From Candidatus Hermodarchaeota archaeon (GTDB taxonomy: Archaea; Asgardarchaeota; Lokiarchaeia; Sigyniarchaeales; SOKP01), in the NCBI GenBank assembly GCA_048885535.1, contig JBHLLO010000028.1:1-39756 (forward strand): 39,756 nucleotides of DNA, in the 5' to 3' direction. Shown here in pieces: positions 9,543 through 18,839 of this stretch (positions are counted from its first letter, which is position 1; each line of letters starts with the position of its first letter). The notes under the pieces are model-generated. The model was not told the DNA's origin and searched no databases. It saw only the letters and a list, made by a program, of their open reading frames with translations. Position numbers and translations under genes: made by a program.

Positions 9543-11999
9543 TTAAGATAATTGAATATTAATTGACATTCTATTTTCGAATTCAGTATATAACTCCCAG
9601 ATATTTGCTTTTTTACTGTTAAGATGGAATTTACAGTTACATCCAATAATTTGCTTCCCAGATTGGATTTTTAAATATAAACTTCCTTTTCGCCAACCGT
9701 TTAACTCAATATCGATCAGTAGTTTATTTTCTTTTTCATTAAATTCATAATTCCTTATTTCATTACATCCTTGTGAGATATGTAATGAGCTTGATAATAA
9801 AATTGGATAATTGTTATTATAAGGGATAATTGAGATGTATTTGCATGAATGAGGAGGGATTCCTTTAAATTCTATTATTTGGGAGCCTTTATATTCACCT
9901 ACGACTTTTTTATTCCAATAATCAAAAATAATAAAATCTGTGTTGTCATTGTTAATCAAAGTTATTTCATTAATTCTTATCGTTTTATTTATGAAATTAT
10001 CTTCCCAGTTTATAATTGCTGCTAAAAATCTTTTTCCAATTACCTCATTTGTTTCTATAATATAAATTGTCGGTAATTTTGAAATAAATACATCAAAAGG
10101 AATTGGATAGTAGTTTTTAGGATTATAAGGAGGGATTAGTAATTTAGCATCATTAATTTCTTCATCAGATAATTTTGTCATGTCATCAGATATTAAAATT
10201 TGACCACCAGATAATCCCATAATTGTGAGTTGTAATCTTATTTCGTCCAGTGTTAATTCTGTATCAGTTCTTCTTATCATTAAACAATCAGGATCATTTA
10301 TCCAAAAATATCTATGCATAAAAGATCGATAAATTGTATTGATTAATGATACTTTCAATCCTGGAGTTTGAATGCCAGATTCTATAAGCTGTCTATTTGG
10401 TTCTTCCCATATTGGAGCGGTGTCTTCTCCAATTCGCATGGCATCAACCAAACCAACACAAGGACCTAATGGAGCGCCACATCCTAATAAGAAGCTATCC
10501 CTTTTAATGGCATCTCTAATAGTCTTAACTCCAATATGTAAAATTTGAGCTCTTGTAAGATTAGGGTTATAAAATTTTCCTTCAATGGGAACTGCAGCAT
10601 GTAAAAAATCGATTTTAAAGAAGGTTATAAGGTTAGAATCTTTATTATGGGTTATCGTATTCAGGTTTATTAAGTCTCTATATAGATTATGTAAGTAATC
10701 TAGAGCTTGAGGATTTGAGAGATCCAATCCATATAAATAAACATTCCAACTAGCCCCAAAGTGGACCTTAAGCAACTTTTTTAAATCTTTATCCTTTAAA
10801 AACCAATCACGATGTTGTTTAAATAAATTAGCCTTTCTCTCAGAAAAAAAAGGGGCAGTCCAAATTCCCCCTTTAAATCCTGAGCTATTGATGGTCTTAT
10901 ATAAAGATATTAAACCATTTGGAAATTTCGAATTGATATCGCCAAAATCACCAATGTAGGTGAAATATCCGTCATCTAATTGGAAGAAATCTATAGGGAG
11001 GAGACTTTTATTATTTTGGAAAAATTTTAAATTTTTTATTATATCTTCCTCACACACGTTAGTAAAGTAATAATACCAACTACACCAACCAATTGGGATT
11101 GTTGTCTTTGGTTTTTGGTCTATTTTGACTGATTTTGCATAATCGATTAAACCAAAATAACCAAAATTTTCACTTTTAAAACAGACAAACAGTTCCTCAG
11201 AAAAATCAATTGAGGAATTTTTAAATTGAATCCCATCCATGCACCCGAAAGCAGATAAAATCTTTATAAGTTTATTTTCTTTATAATCCAAGATTATTCG
11301 TGTGAACTGAGTATTTAGTGTGCTAAAACCCAAAATTAGGGAAGCTTTTGAATTTAAATCAGTTATAACAGTACAATATTCACTATAAAATCGTCCTTTA
11401 ATTAGATAATCTTGATTATCAAATGTACGTTTAAAGATATCTACTTGAGATCCTTCATCATCTTCTTCACTCCCATAAATCAACTTACATCGGCTCCAAC
11501 TCTGCCAGCCATTCTTAAACCAAGATATTTTTTCTAGATTAGAAGGAATCTTTGCACCAGACAGCCATAAATTATCTTTTTTAATTGTTAATGGAGATAT
11601 ACTATGAATTCGCTTATGGAATGTATTATCAGTAATTATATCAATAATTTTAACTAGAATGAAGTCATGATTCTTATAAATCTTGAATTGAATATTGAAT
11701 TTTATATCAGATTTTCCAGTTTGTTTGGCTTTTAGTATAACTTTAACACCTTCTCCTCTAAAATCCTTGATATCTTCCATATGATGATGAAATTCATAAC
11801 TTTTTGAAGATATTTCATTAATTGAGTCTGAGTCATCACTTAATGTATTAATTACGCAATAACAATTTTTTAGATAAAAAAGATTATTACTATTGATTTC
11901 AAACGTTCCATGACGTTTCCCACTTTTATAGAAAATCAGAGAGATTATTTTATTACTTACTTCAATATTATTTTCATTATCTATTACTTTAATAAACAT
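9543..11999 (-). CDS. Alpha-galactosidase-like glycoside hydrolase (GH36)
   Basis: GWCSWYYYF, QLDDGY, FKIDFL (nucleophile region), CGAPLG...MRIGEDT and WINDPDCL. Confidence 0.85.
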   Translation of the reverse strand: MFIKVIDNENNIEVSNKIISLIFYKSGKRHGTFEINSNNLFYLKNCYCVINTLSDDSDSINEISSKSYEFHHHMEDIKDFRGEGVKVILKAKQTGKSDIKFNIQFKIYKNHDFILVKIIDIITDNTFHKRIHSISPLTIKKDNLWLSGAKIPSNLEKISWFKNGWQSWSRCKLIYGSEEDDEGSQVDIFKRTFDNQDYLIKGRFYSEYCTVITDLNSKASLILGFSTLNTQFTRIILDYKENKLIKILSAFGCMDGIQFKNSSIDFSEELFVCFKSENFGYFGLIDYAKSVKIDQKPKTTIPIGWCSWYYYFTNVCEEDIIKNLKFFQNNKSLLPIDFFQLDDGYFTYIGDFGDINSKFPNGLISLYKTINSSGFKGGIWTAPFFSERKANLFKQHRDWFLKDKDLKKLLKVHFGASWNVYLYGLDLSNPQALDYLHNLYRDLINLNTITHNKDSNLITFFKIDFLHAAVPIEGKFYNPNLTRAQILHIGVKTIRDAIKRDSFLLGCGAPLGPCVGLVDAMRIGEDTAPIWEEPNRQLIESGIQTPGLKVSLINTIYRSFMHRYFWINDPDCLMIRRTDTELTLDEIRLQLTIMGLSGGQILISDDMTKLSDEEINDAKLLIPPYNPKNYYPIPFDVFISKLPTIYIIETNEVIGKRFLAAIINWEDNFINKTIRINEITLINNDNTDFIIFDYWNKKVVGEYKGSQIIEFKGIPPHSCKYISIIPYNNNYPILLSSSLHISQGCNEIRNYEFNEKENKLLIDIELNGWRKGSLYLKIQSGKQIIGCNCKFHLNSKKANIWELYTEFENRMSINIQLS

Positions 12000-12049
12000 A
12001 ACAATCGTTTTAAGATGTAAACTGCCAAAAGCTATATATTATGTAAAGA

Positions 12050-13237
12050 TTAAGTAAATTTTCTTTTTGGATTTATATTAATTAAATCTTTTAACGTCGA
12101 TTTTATTTTATTAAAAGGACGTAAATTTCCCGCAAAAGGAGTATCAATGCCATGATGCAAATAAGGCTCAATTTTTTTTTCAACCGTTTCAATTTTCTGT
12201 AAGTTTCCTTCGGATAATAATGAAAGGAAATAATCATTTTGATATTTTTTAAATGTTAGGAAACGATATCTCTGAAAACTTAATTTTACAGCTATCCACC
12301 TTGGATAAAACCCTGTATTACCTAAAGTGTTTGCAGCTATTGCCTCAATTTTAGCTGTTAATAATGATTCTTTCATTTCTGTTTCTTCAGCTGGATTATC
12401 ATATTGACCAGGGACATCTACATTTAAGTTATTTTCTTCATCTATAAGGAGTGATATTACACCTATTGACATTGAAGATAATCCCAAATAATCAATTCTA
12501 ATCCAATCCTCTAAATAGGGAATTTCCTGATCTGTGAATACTTCTTGCAAGTCAAGATATTCCTTTAAAACATAATTCAACCTACGTTTAAATTCAAAAT
12601 CAATTTCATTTTTCTCTAATTTTTCTAGATTGTCCACATCTTTATTTTGAACTAATTCAGAGTAGTATTTTGCCATTTGCTCGAGTATCCATTTCCCTTT
12701 TTTATCAGGAAAAATACCATATACTAAGTATATGATATTTTCCTTCACATAAAATTGACATTTTTCATTAATATTGTCATTAGTGATAAGGAGCATTTTA
12801 TCTAATTCACCTCCTAGAATACTCGTTGCAATGAAATCCAGATTATTAGTAAGTTCCAAAAGGTAAATATACTTTTCATTATTAGCAAATAATTGAGTTC
12901 TTTCTACTGAGGTGACTCCTAAAAATTTAATGTATTCATCTTCATCTTCTTCTTCATGTTTTAAGTTAATTATATCATCTTCAATTGAAAAGGAATTTCT
13001 CTTTTTTTTTACTCTAACTTTTCCTTGAAACTTTGATGTAAGGGTCGAAGTTTTAGTTTCAAAATTCTTAGGTTTGGGCTGTCCTTTAGTTGGTTGATCA
13101 TTTTTATACTGAAATAAATCTGCAAGAAATTTATTGCATTTAGGACAAAGTTGATCTTTAGGGTAGGGACGTACAATTATATAACCACAATATCGGCACT
13201 GAACTTCATCTTTCTTAGGAAATAATGGATTTGGGAT
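12050..13237 (-). CDS. Zinc-ribbon protein with two similar longin/roadblock-like alpha/beta domains; probable ATC start
   Basis: The 269-aa ORF stays open for 126 more codons upstream and includes CRYC...CPKC. No ATG, GTG or TTG occurs in frame before the upstream TAG. ATC at 13237 gives (M)PNPLFPKK. Confidence 0.65.
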   Translation of the reverse strand: MPNPLFPKKDEVQCRYCGYIIVRPYPKDQLCPKCNKFLADLFQYKNDQPTKGQPKPKNFETKTSTLTSKFQGKVRVKKKRNSFSIEDDIINLKHEEEDEDEYIKFLGVTSVERTQLFANNEKYIYLLELTNNLDFIATSILGGELDKMLLITNDNINEKCQFYVKENIIYLVYGIFPDKKGKWILEQMAKYYSELVQNKDVDNLEKLEKNEIDFEFKRRLNYVLKEYLDLQEVFTDQEIPYLEDWIRIDYLGLSSMSIGVISLLIDEENNLNVDVPGQYDNPAEETEMKESLLTAKIEAIAANTLGNTGFYPRWIAVKLSFQRYRFLTFKKYQNDYFLSLLSEGNLQKIETVEKKIEPYLHHGIDTPFAGNLRPFNKIKSTLKDLININPKRKFT

Positions 13238-13330
13238 TTTTAAACAACTCTATTAAAATAAGTAAAACAATTTTGATAATAATATTCTGATAGTTTATAT
13301 GTTGATTTAGTAAAATATAAAATTTTTGAC

Positions 13331-14416
13331 CTATAAATACTTCTTAGCAATTTCTTGAAAAGCAGAGAGAAATTTGAGATTTTGGTCTTCTGTTCCTATT
13401 GTGATTCTTAAGTAATTATATAATCCTGGTTGACTGAAATGGCGCACTAAAATTTTCAATTCTTTTAGATCCCATAAAAATTTTAAGGTTGTTGATTTAT
13501 CATCGAATTTGATAAAGATAAAATTAGCATCCGATGGAAGTACATCAATCCCATTAAATTTGTTTAACTCTTCAGTTAATCTCTTTCTCTCTGCTATAAT
13601 TTCTTGGTTTTGCTTGAAGATTTTATTTCTATGTTTAATACAGGATAATGCTGTAATTTGAGCAAGAGCACTTGTATTATACGGTAATTTGACTCTATTC
13701 ATCTCCTTTATTATTTTTGGATCTGCCAATGCATATCCAATTCGCATTGAAGCCACAGAAAAGGTTTCAGAAAAAGTTCTACATACAATTAAATTATTTA
13801 CTGTTTTTAATAATGATAAACAAGTATAATCAGAAAAATCAGCATACGCCTCATCAACAACAACAATACCGGGGAATTGACTGCAAATTTTTGAGATAAC
13901 AGAATTGTCAAATGATTTTCCATTAGGATTATTTGGAGAGTTAATAAAGAGCAATTTCCCTTTAGAATTGAAATCTGGAATGCTAAAATCAGGATTTAAC
14001 TTTATCTCAATAATTTTAGCATCGTATAAGTTAGCTAATACTTTATAAATACCATATGTTGGATAAAAAACGACTATTTCATCTCCTGAATTTACAAAAA
14101 CCTTAAATATGGTATCAAAAATTTCATCTGAACCATTACCAATAAATATACTATTTCTATTCGTTAAAGTTTGTTTATCTCTTAAAAGCTGATTAAGAAT
14201 AGCTTTACGAACTTCAAGTGCTAGGGAATCGGGGTATTTTCTTAGAATTTCACCATTACCAATAGCTTCTTTTATTTCTTCAACAATTTCTGGGATAGGC
14301 GGGTAAGGATTCTCATTGGTATTTAATTTTAACCATCCTTCTTCATCTAACTGCTCTTCTGGTTCATAAGAACTATATTTCTTTAGACTTTCTCTAAAAA
14401 GATCTTCAATTTCCAT
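13331..14416 (-). CDS. hisC: Histidinol-phosphate aminotransferase homolog with the PLP lysine replaced by Glu
   Basis: KLNTNENPYPP, GNGSDE, NSPNNPNG, VVDEAY, PSDANFI and YLRITIGT. The RTFSK motif reads RTFSE. Confidence 0.8.
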   Translation of the reverse strand: MEIEDLFRESLKKYSSYEPEEQLDEEGWLKLNTNENPYPPIPEIVEEIKEAIGNGEILRKYPDSLALEVRKAILNQLLRDKQTLTNRNSIFIGNGSDEIFDTIFKVFVNSGDEIVVFYPTYGIYKVLANLYDAKIIEIKLNPDFSIPDFNSKGKLLFINSPNNPNGKSFDNSVISKICSQFPGIVVVDEAYADFSDYTCLSLLKTVNNLIVCRTFSETFSVASMRIGYALADPKIIKEMNRVKLPYNTSALAQITALSCIKHRNKIFKQNQEIIAERKRLTEELNKFNGIDVLPSDANFIFIKFDDKSTTLKFLWDLKELKILVRHFSQPGLYNYLRITIGTEDQNLKFLSAFQEIAKKYL

Positions 14417-14682
14417 AATTATTACAATTCTTAATTAATAATAGAATGAAGCTTTAATCAAGCTACTTAATAAGTATGTTATTTCTTCATATTTTTTAAT
14501 TTTTTACAAAAAAAAACATTAAAAAAAATTTAGAATAAGATATTAATTAAAGTGATGATTGCAATTTTAATCTTAAAGCAATTACTCTTGAGTAAAAACT
14601 CAATTTTTAAATTTGTATAAACTATTAAAATTATAATATAATTTCAAGCTAATACTTAATTAATTAATATGGAGAATAAACA

Positions 14683-15564
14683 ATGGACTTCGCACTCATG
14701 TTTCAAGTTTTAGAAGGTGGCGTAAGTGAACCAGTTAAGTGGAATGCGGATAACCTCTCTTCTGATAAAAATATCTTGATTCTAGATGAAGGAAGTTCTT
14801 CAATATATTTATGGCATGGTAGCAAACAAGGTTTAGTAGCAAGAAGGACTGCCCTTCGACAAGCAGAATCATTAAAAGGACATGGATATGTTGCCGGTAA
14901 GAGTATAATTGGTAGAGACATTAAATTTTTAAAAGAAATAGACCAAAGGAAAATTGGGAGGGATATCGAAACTGACAAATTTAATGAGGAACTTCAAAAT
15001 ATATTGAATAGAGAATTTAAGGAATTAGATAATTACATCATAACATTTGATGTTGAAGGAGCTAAAGAAATTCCTATTAAACCCATATCAAAACCAGTAC
15101 CTAAACCCACCCCTATAGAATCTGAAACAAAACCTTATGTAGAACCACTTCCAAAAAGTAAAGTAATTGCACCTATTCCTGTTGAGCAACCAACACCTAA
15201 AATTTCTAAACCCGCAATAGAACCCGCTTCAGAATATAATTCCAAAATAGAAGACACCGTCAAGACTGAATTGCCAAGCGTTTCTGAACCCGTTGTTAAA
15301 GAAGAGAAAAAGCTAGATCTTGATGTTCAAGCTAAAATAGGATTTGTGTTAATAGCCATTCTCGACCATTATGATGATGTGTGGATTTCTCAAAAGGAAG
15401 ATGGAAGTTATGGAGTAGAAATGATGGATGGTCCAATATGCCAATTTTCAATAAAGGACGGCTCAAAAATAGCGTTTACGGCAAATTCATTCGCTGGAAT
15501 TGCAACTAATGTTAAAATTGAAATACAGAAGAAATTTGTTGAGCTTTCAAAATTATTAAAATAA
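14683..15564 (+). CDS. Gelsolin/villin-like domain protein with a Pro-rich linker and C-terminal domain
   Basis: LSSDKNILILDEGSSSIYLWHGSK matches a gelsolin repeat. Central P/E/K-rich linker. GGAG ribosome-binding site upstream. Confidence 0.7.
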   Translation: MDFALMFQVLEGGVSEPVKWNADNLSSDKNILILDEGSSSIYLWHGSKQGLVARRTALRQAESLKGHGYVAGKSIIGRDIKFLKEIDQRKIGRDIETDKFNEELQNILNREFKELDNYIITFDVEGAKEIPIKPISKPVPKPTPIESETKPYVEPLPKSKVIAPIPVEQPTPKISKPAIEPASEYNSKIEDTVKTELPSVSEPVVKEEKKLDLDVQAKIGFVLIAILDHYDDVWISQKEDGSYGVEMMDGPICQFSIKDGSKIAFTANSFAGIATNVKIEIQKKFVELSKLLK

Positions 15565-15673
15565 TTATTTTATTTACTATTTTTTTCTAACTCTTTTCAG
15601 TGCTGTTATTTAAATTTCTAAGGTTATTAATTTACATATATGCATCTAGTTACAATCAAGTAATTATTAAATC

Positions 15674-17431
15674 ATGAAATTCAAAAAATTAGCAGAACTA
15701 TTTTCCAAATTAGCTAGCACCTCAAAAAGATTGGAAATGATTGATTTTTTATCTAACTTTTTCCTTGAAATTAAGAATAAGAAGGATTTTAATGATTTAG
15801 ATAAGATAATCTATTTATTGCAGGGCCAATTAGTTTCAAACATCAAACAGTTCCCTAAATTGGGACTTGCTGAAAAAATGATAATAGAGGCATTAGCATT
15901 ACATTCAGGGATTAATGGAAAAGAAATAAGGCGTATTTTATTAAAGGAAGGAGATATTGGTGCCACTGCTGAATTAATCCTTTCTAAAAAGAAAAAGCAA
16001 ACATCCCTATTTGATTTCGATCCGGGATTGGAAGAACCGGAATCATCATTAGAAATCTCTGAATTATATTCTGCGTTACAGAAGATTGCTACAGCTGAGG
16101 GTCCTGGCTCTCAAGATACCAAGTTAGGAATTTTACGCAGTCTCATGAGAAAGAGCTCTCCCCTCGAAACAAAATACCTATTGAGAATTATTACATCAAC
16201 TCTCAGAGTAGGAGTGTCAACTCTAACAATAATTGATGGTCTTGCTCAAGGATTTACAGGTGATAAAACTACAAGAGGAATTATTGAGAATGCTTATAAT
16301 CAGCATCCTGATTTAGGAGATATAACATTGATTTTAGCAGAAAAAGGAATAGAGGCTGTTAAAGAAGTTAGAATAACTTATGGTACACCTATTCGGAATA
16401 TGCTTGCTTCTCGTGTATCCTATTCAGAAATTATTGGCAAGTTAGGTGTACCGTGTATTGCTGAATACAAATTAGACGGAGAAAGATTACAGATTCATAA
16501 AATGGGAGATAAAATCCTATTATTTTCAAGAAGATTATTAGAAATTTCAGAACAATATCCTGACGTATGTGAAGTTATTAGAAATAATATTAAAGTTGAA
16601 AGAGCCATTTTAGAAGGAGAAGTAGTTGCCATGGATCATTTTTATGAAAAAATGCTTCCATTTCAGGTGTTAAGCAGAAGGCGAAGGAAGTATGATATTA
16701 AAGATATTTCTAAAGAAATTCCTGTTAGCTTATTTTTATTTGATTTGCTTATGATTGAAGACGATTCATTTTTGAATAAACCATATCCTGAACGTCGGAA
16801 AAAGCTTGAAAAAATTGTAGAACAAAAGGATGAAATTCGTTTAGTTGAAGCAAAAGAAGTTAATTCAACTGAAGAATTACTGGATTTCTTTAATAAAGCA
16901 AGAGATGCAGGCACCGAAGGAATTATTGCTAAATCAATAAGAGATGATTCATTGTATCAAGCAGGAAATCGTGGTTTTCTTTGGATTAAATTAAAAGGAT
17001 TAGAGGGGGGAAAATTAGCAGATACAATAGATGTAGTTTTAGTTGGAGCTTTTTATGGAAGAGGAAGAAGAAAAGGATGGTATGGAACCTATATTGGAGC
17101 AGTATACGATCCTGAAAATGATAAATTTGAAGCTTTTACCCGTATAGCCTCTGGATGGACAGATGAAATAATGGAACTGTTAAAGAAAGAAGTGAAGAAG
17201 TATGAAGTGGAAAAAAAACCCGATTATGTAATATGTGATGATGAACCAGATCAATGGTTATTACCTGAAATAGTAATTGAAATAATTGGTGATGAAATTA
17301 CAATCAGCGACAAATTTTCTTCTTTAGGATATTCTATGAGATTCCCTGTCTTCCAGAGAATACGTCCAGAGAAGGGACCGAAAGATGTAACCACTGTTGA
17401 GGAGATTAAACAATTATATGAAACACAATAA
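15674..17431 (+). CDS. lig: ATP-dependent DNA ligase
   Basis: Motif I EYKLDGER, ILEGE, LFDLL, EGIIAK, WIKLK and MRFP. Confidence 0.95.
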   Translation: MKFKKLAELFSKLASTSKRLEMIDFLSNFFLEIKNKKDFNDLDKIIYLLQGQLVSNIKQFPKLGLAEKMIIEALALHSGINGKEIRRILLKEGDIGATAELILSKKKKQTSLFDFDPGLEEPESSLEISELYSALQKIATAEGPGSQDTKLGILRSLMRKSSPLETKYLLRIITSTLRVGVSTLTIIDGLAQGFTGDKTTRGIIENAYNQHPDLGDITLILAEKGIEAVKEVRITYGTPIRNMLASRVSYSEIIGKLGVPCIAEYKLDGERLQIHKMGDKILLFSRRLLEISEQYPDVCEVIRNNIKVERAILEGEVVAMDHFYEKMLPFQVLSRRRRKYDIKDISKEIPVSLFLFDLLMIEDDSFLNKPYPERRKKLEKIVEQKDEIRLVEAKEVNSTEELLDFFNKARDAGTEGIIAKSIRDDSLYQAGNRGFLWIKLKGLEGGKLADTIDVVLVGAFYGRGRRKGWYGTYIGAVYDPENDKFEAFTRIASGWTDEIMELLKKEVKKYEVEKKPDYVICDDEPDQWLLPEIVIEIIGDEITISDKFSSLGYSMRFPVFQRIRPEKGPKDVTTVEEIKQLYETQ

Positions 17432-17437
17432 AATACA

Positions 17438-18820
17438 TTAATAATAGATAGTTAATCCTTTGGTTTCTAGATTCTTCAAAGTCGAAGGAATTTCTTTTAA
17501 TTTGTTATCAGATAAATTTAACTCCTTTAAAGATGAAAGTGAATTTAAAGATTCAGGAAGACTTTCAAGTTTATTTCTTGAAAGATTTAGGTACTTCAGA
17601 TTTTTAAGAGATCCAATTGTATTTGGAATTGCAGTTAGATTATTATCACTCAAATTTAAAATCTCTAAATTAATTAATTCACCTATAACTTCCGGGATGT
17701 AGGATAACTCATTTCTTTCTATATCAAATACTATTAAATTGGAAAGAAACTTAACTGAATCAGGTATTGTTTGAAGTTGATTCCAACTTAAGTTTAGTTT
17801 TTGTAAAAGTATAAGATTTTTTATTGAGTTAGGTAATGTTTTAAGCTTATTGTCATGAAGATTTAATTCTTTAAGACTTTTTAAAGATCCTATATTTAAT
17901 GGCAACTCTTTTAATCGGTTTAACCTTAAATTTAAGGATTCTAAAGATTTTAGATTGCAAATTGAATTAGGCAATCTCTCAACTTCGTTCCTCCATAATG
18001 AAAGATCTTTTAGATAAGAAAGTGATCCAATCGATTCGGGAAGATCCTTTATATTATTTATGTTCAAATTAAGTACTTCTAGATATTTTAGTTTTTCTAT
18101 CCATTTAGGCACAGATGTAATTTGGTTATATCTTAAGATTAACATTATCAGGGAATCTAAGTATTGAACAGCTTCAGGAATTTCTATTAAGCCTTTAAAT
18201 TGAAAATTAATTTCTGTAACTTTACAATCCTCAACTTTGTATTTTAAACGCCAAAAGGATTTTTTTAAATAAATTAGTGAAAAGTAATTAATTAAAATTA
18301 AAGAAAGCTTATGAGTTTCAATAGAATTGATGTCATTATTTTCTATTAAGAGTTCAAAACCTATTCTCAAATCATTATCATACATTTGTTTTAATTCGCG
18401 AACTAGAACTAATTTAGAGGATAGATCATTTGCTTGGTCTAAATTTTTTATTATTATAATAAGGAATCGGAATATTGTATTTAAGCAGAGAGCAGATTGT
18501 TCATGTAATAAAGCCCATCTCAACGGTTTAATAGAAATATCTAAAAACTTTTCACCTAATATTTTAGCCGCATAATTTCTTATATTTTCGCTATGATCAG
18601 AGATAAGGAGATTTTCAAATAATTTAAAAATATCTTCTCTTATTATACCGATATCCTTAAAATCTTCCCCTATTATTTCTAAAAATATTATACTTTTAAG
18701 TCTCGTCTGAATATTATTACTATTTTCTATCAGAACTATAAGTTTATCAATTGCTGTTGATTTTTCTATTAATTCCTTACTAAAGTCCTCGTATATCTTA
18801 CTTGGGTCTAATTCTATCAT
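17438..18820 (-). CDS. HEAT-like N-terminus plus leucine-rich-repeat protein
   Basis: FENLLISDHSENIR followed by about ten 23-aa LxxLxLxxNxLxxLPxxI repeats. Confidence 0.9.
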   Translation of the reverse strand: MIELDPSKIYEDFSKELIEKSTAIDKLIVLIENSNNIQTRLKSIIFLEIIGEDFKDIGIIREDIFKLFENLLISDHSENIRNYAAKILGEKFLDISIKPLRWALLHEQSALCLNTIFRFLIIIIKNLDQANDLSSKLVLVRELKQMYDNDLRIGFELLIENNDINSIETHKLSLILINYFSLIYLKKSFWRLKYKVEDCKVTEINFQFKGLIEIPEAVQYLDSLIMLILRYNQITSVPKWIEKLKYLEVLNLNINNIKDLPESIGSLSYLKDLSLWRNEVERLPNSICNLKSLESLNLRLNRLKELPLNIGSLKSLKELNLHDNKLKTLPNSIKNLILLQKLNLSWNQLQTIPDSVKFLSNLIVFDIERNELSYIPEVIGELINLEILNLSDNNLTAIPNTIGSLKNLKYLNLSRNKLESLPESLNSLSSLKELNLSDNKLKEIPSTLKNLETKGLTIYY

Positions 18821-18839
18821 TTAAAAACCGGAGTTATAA

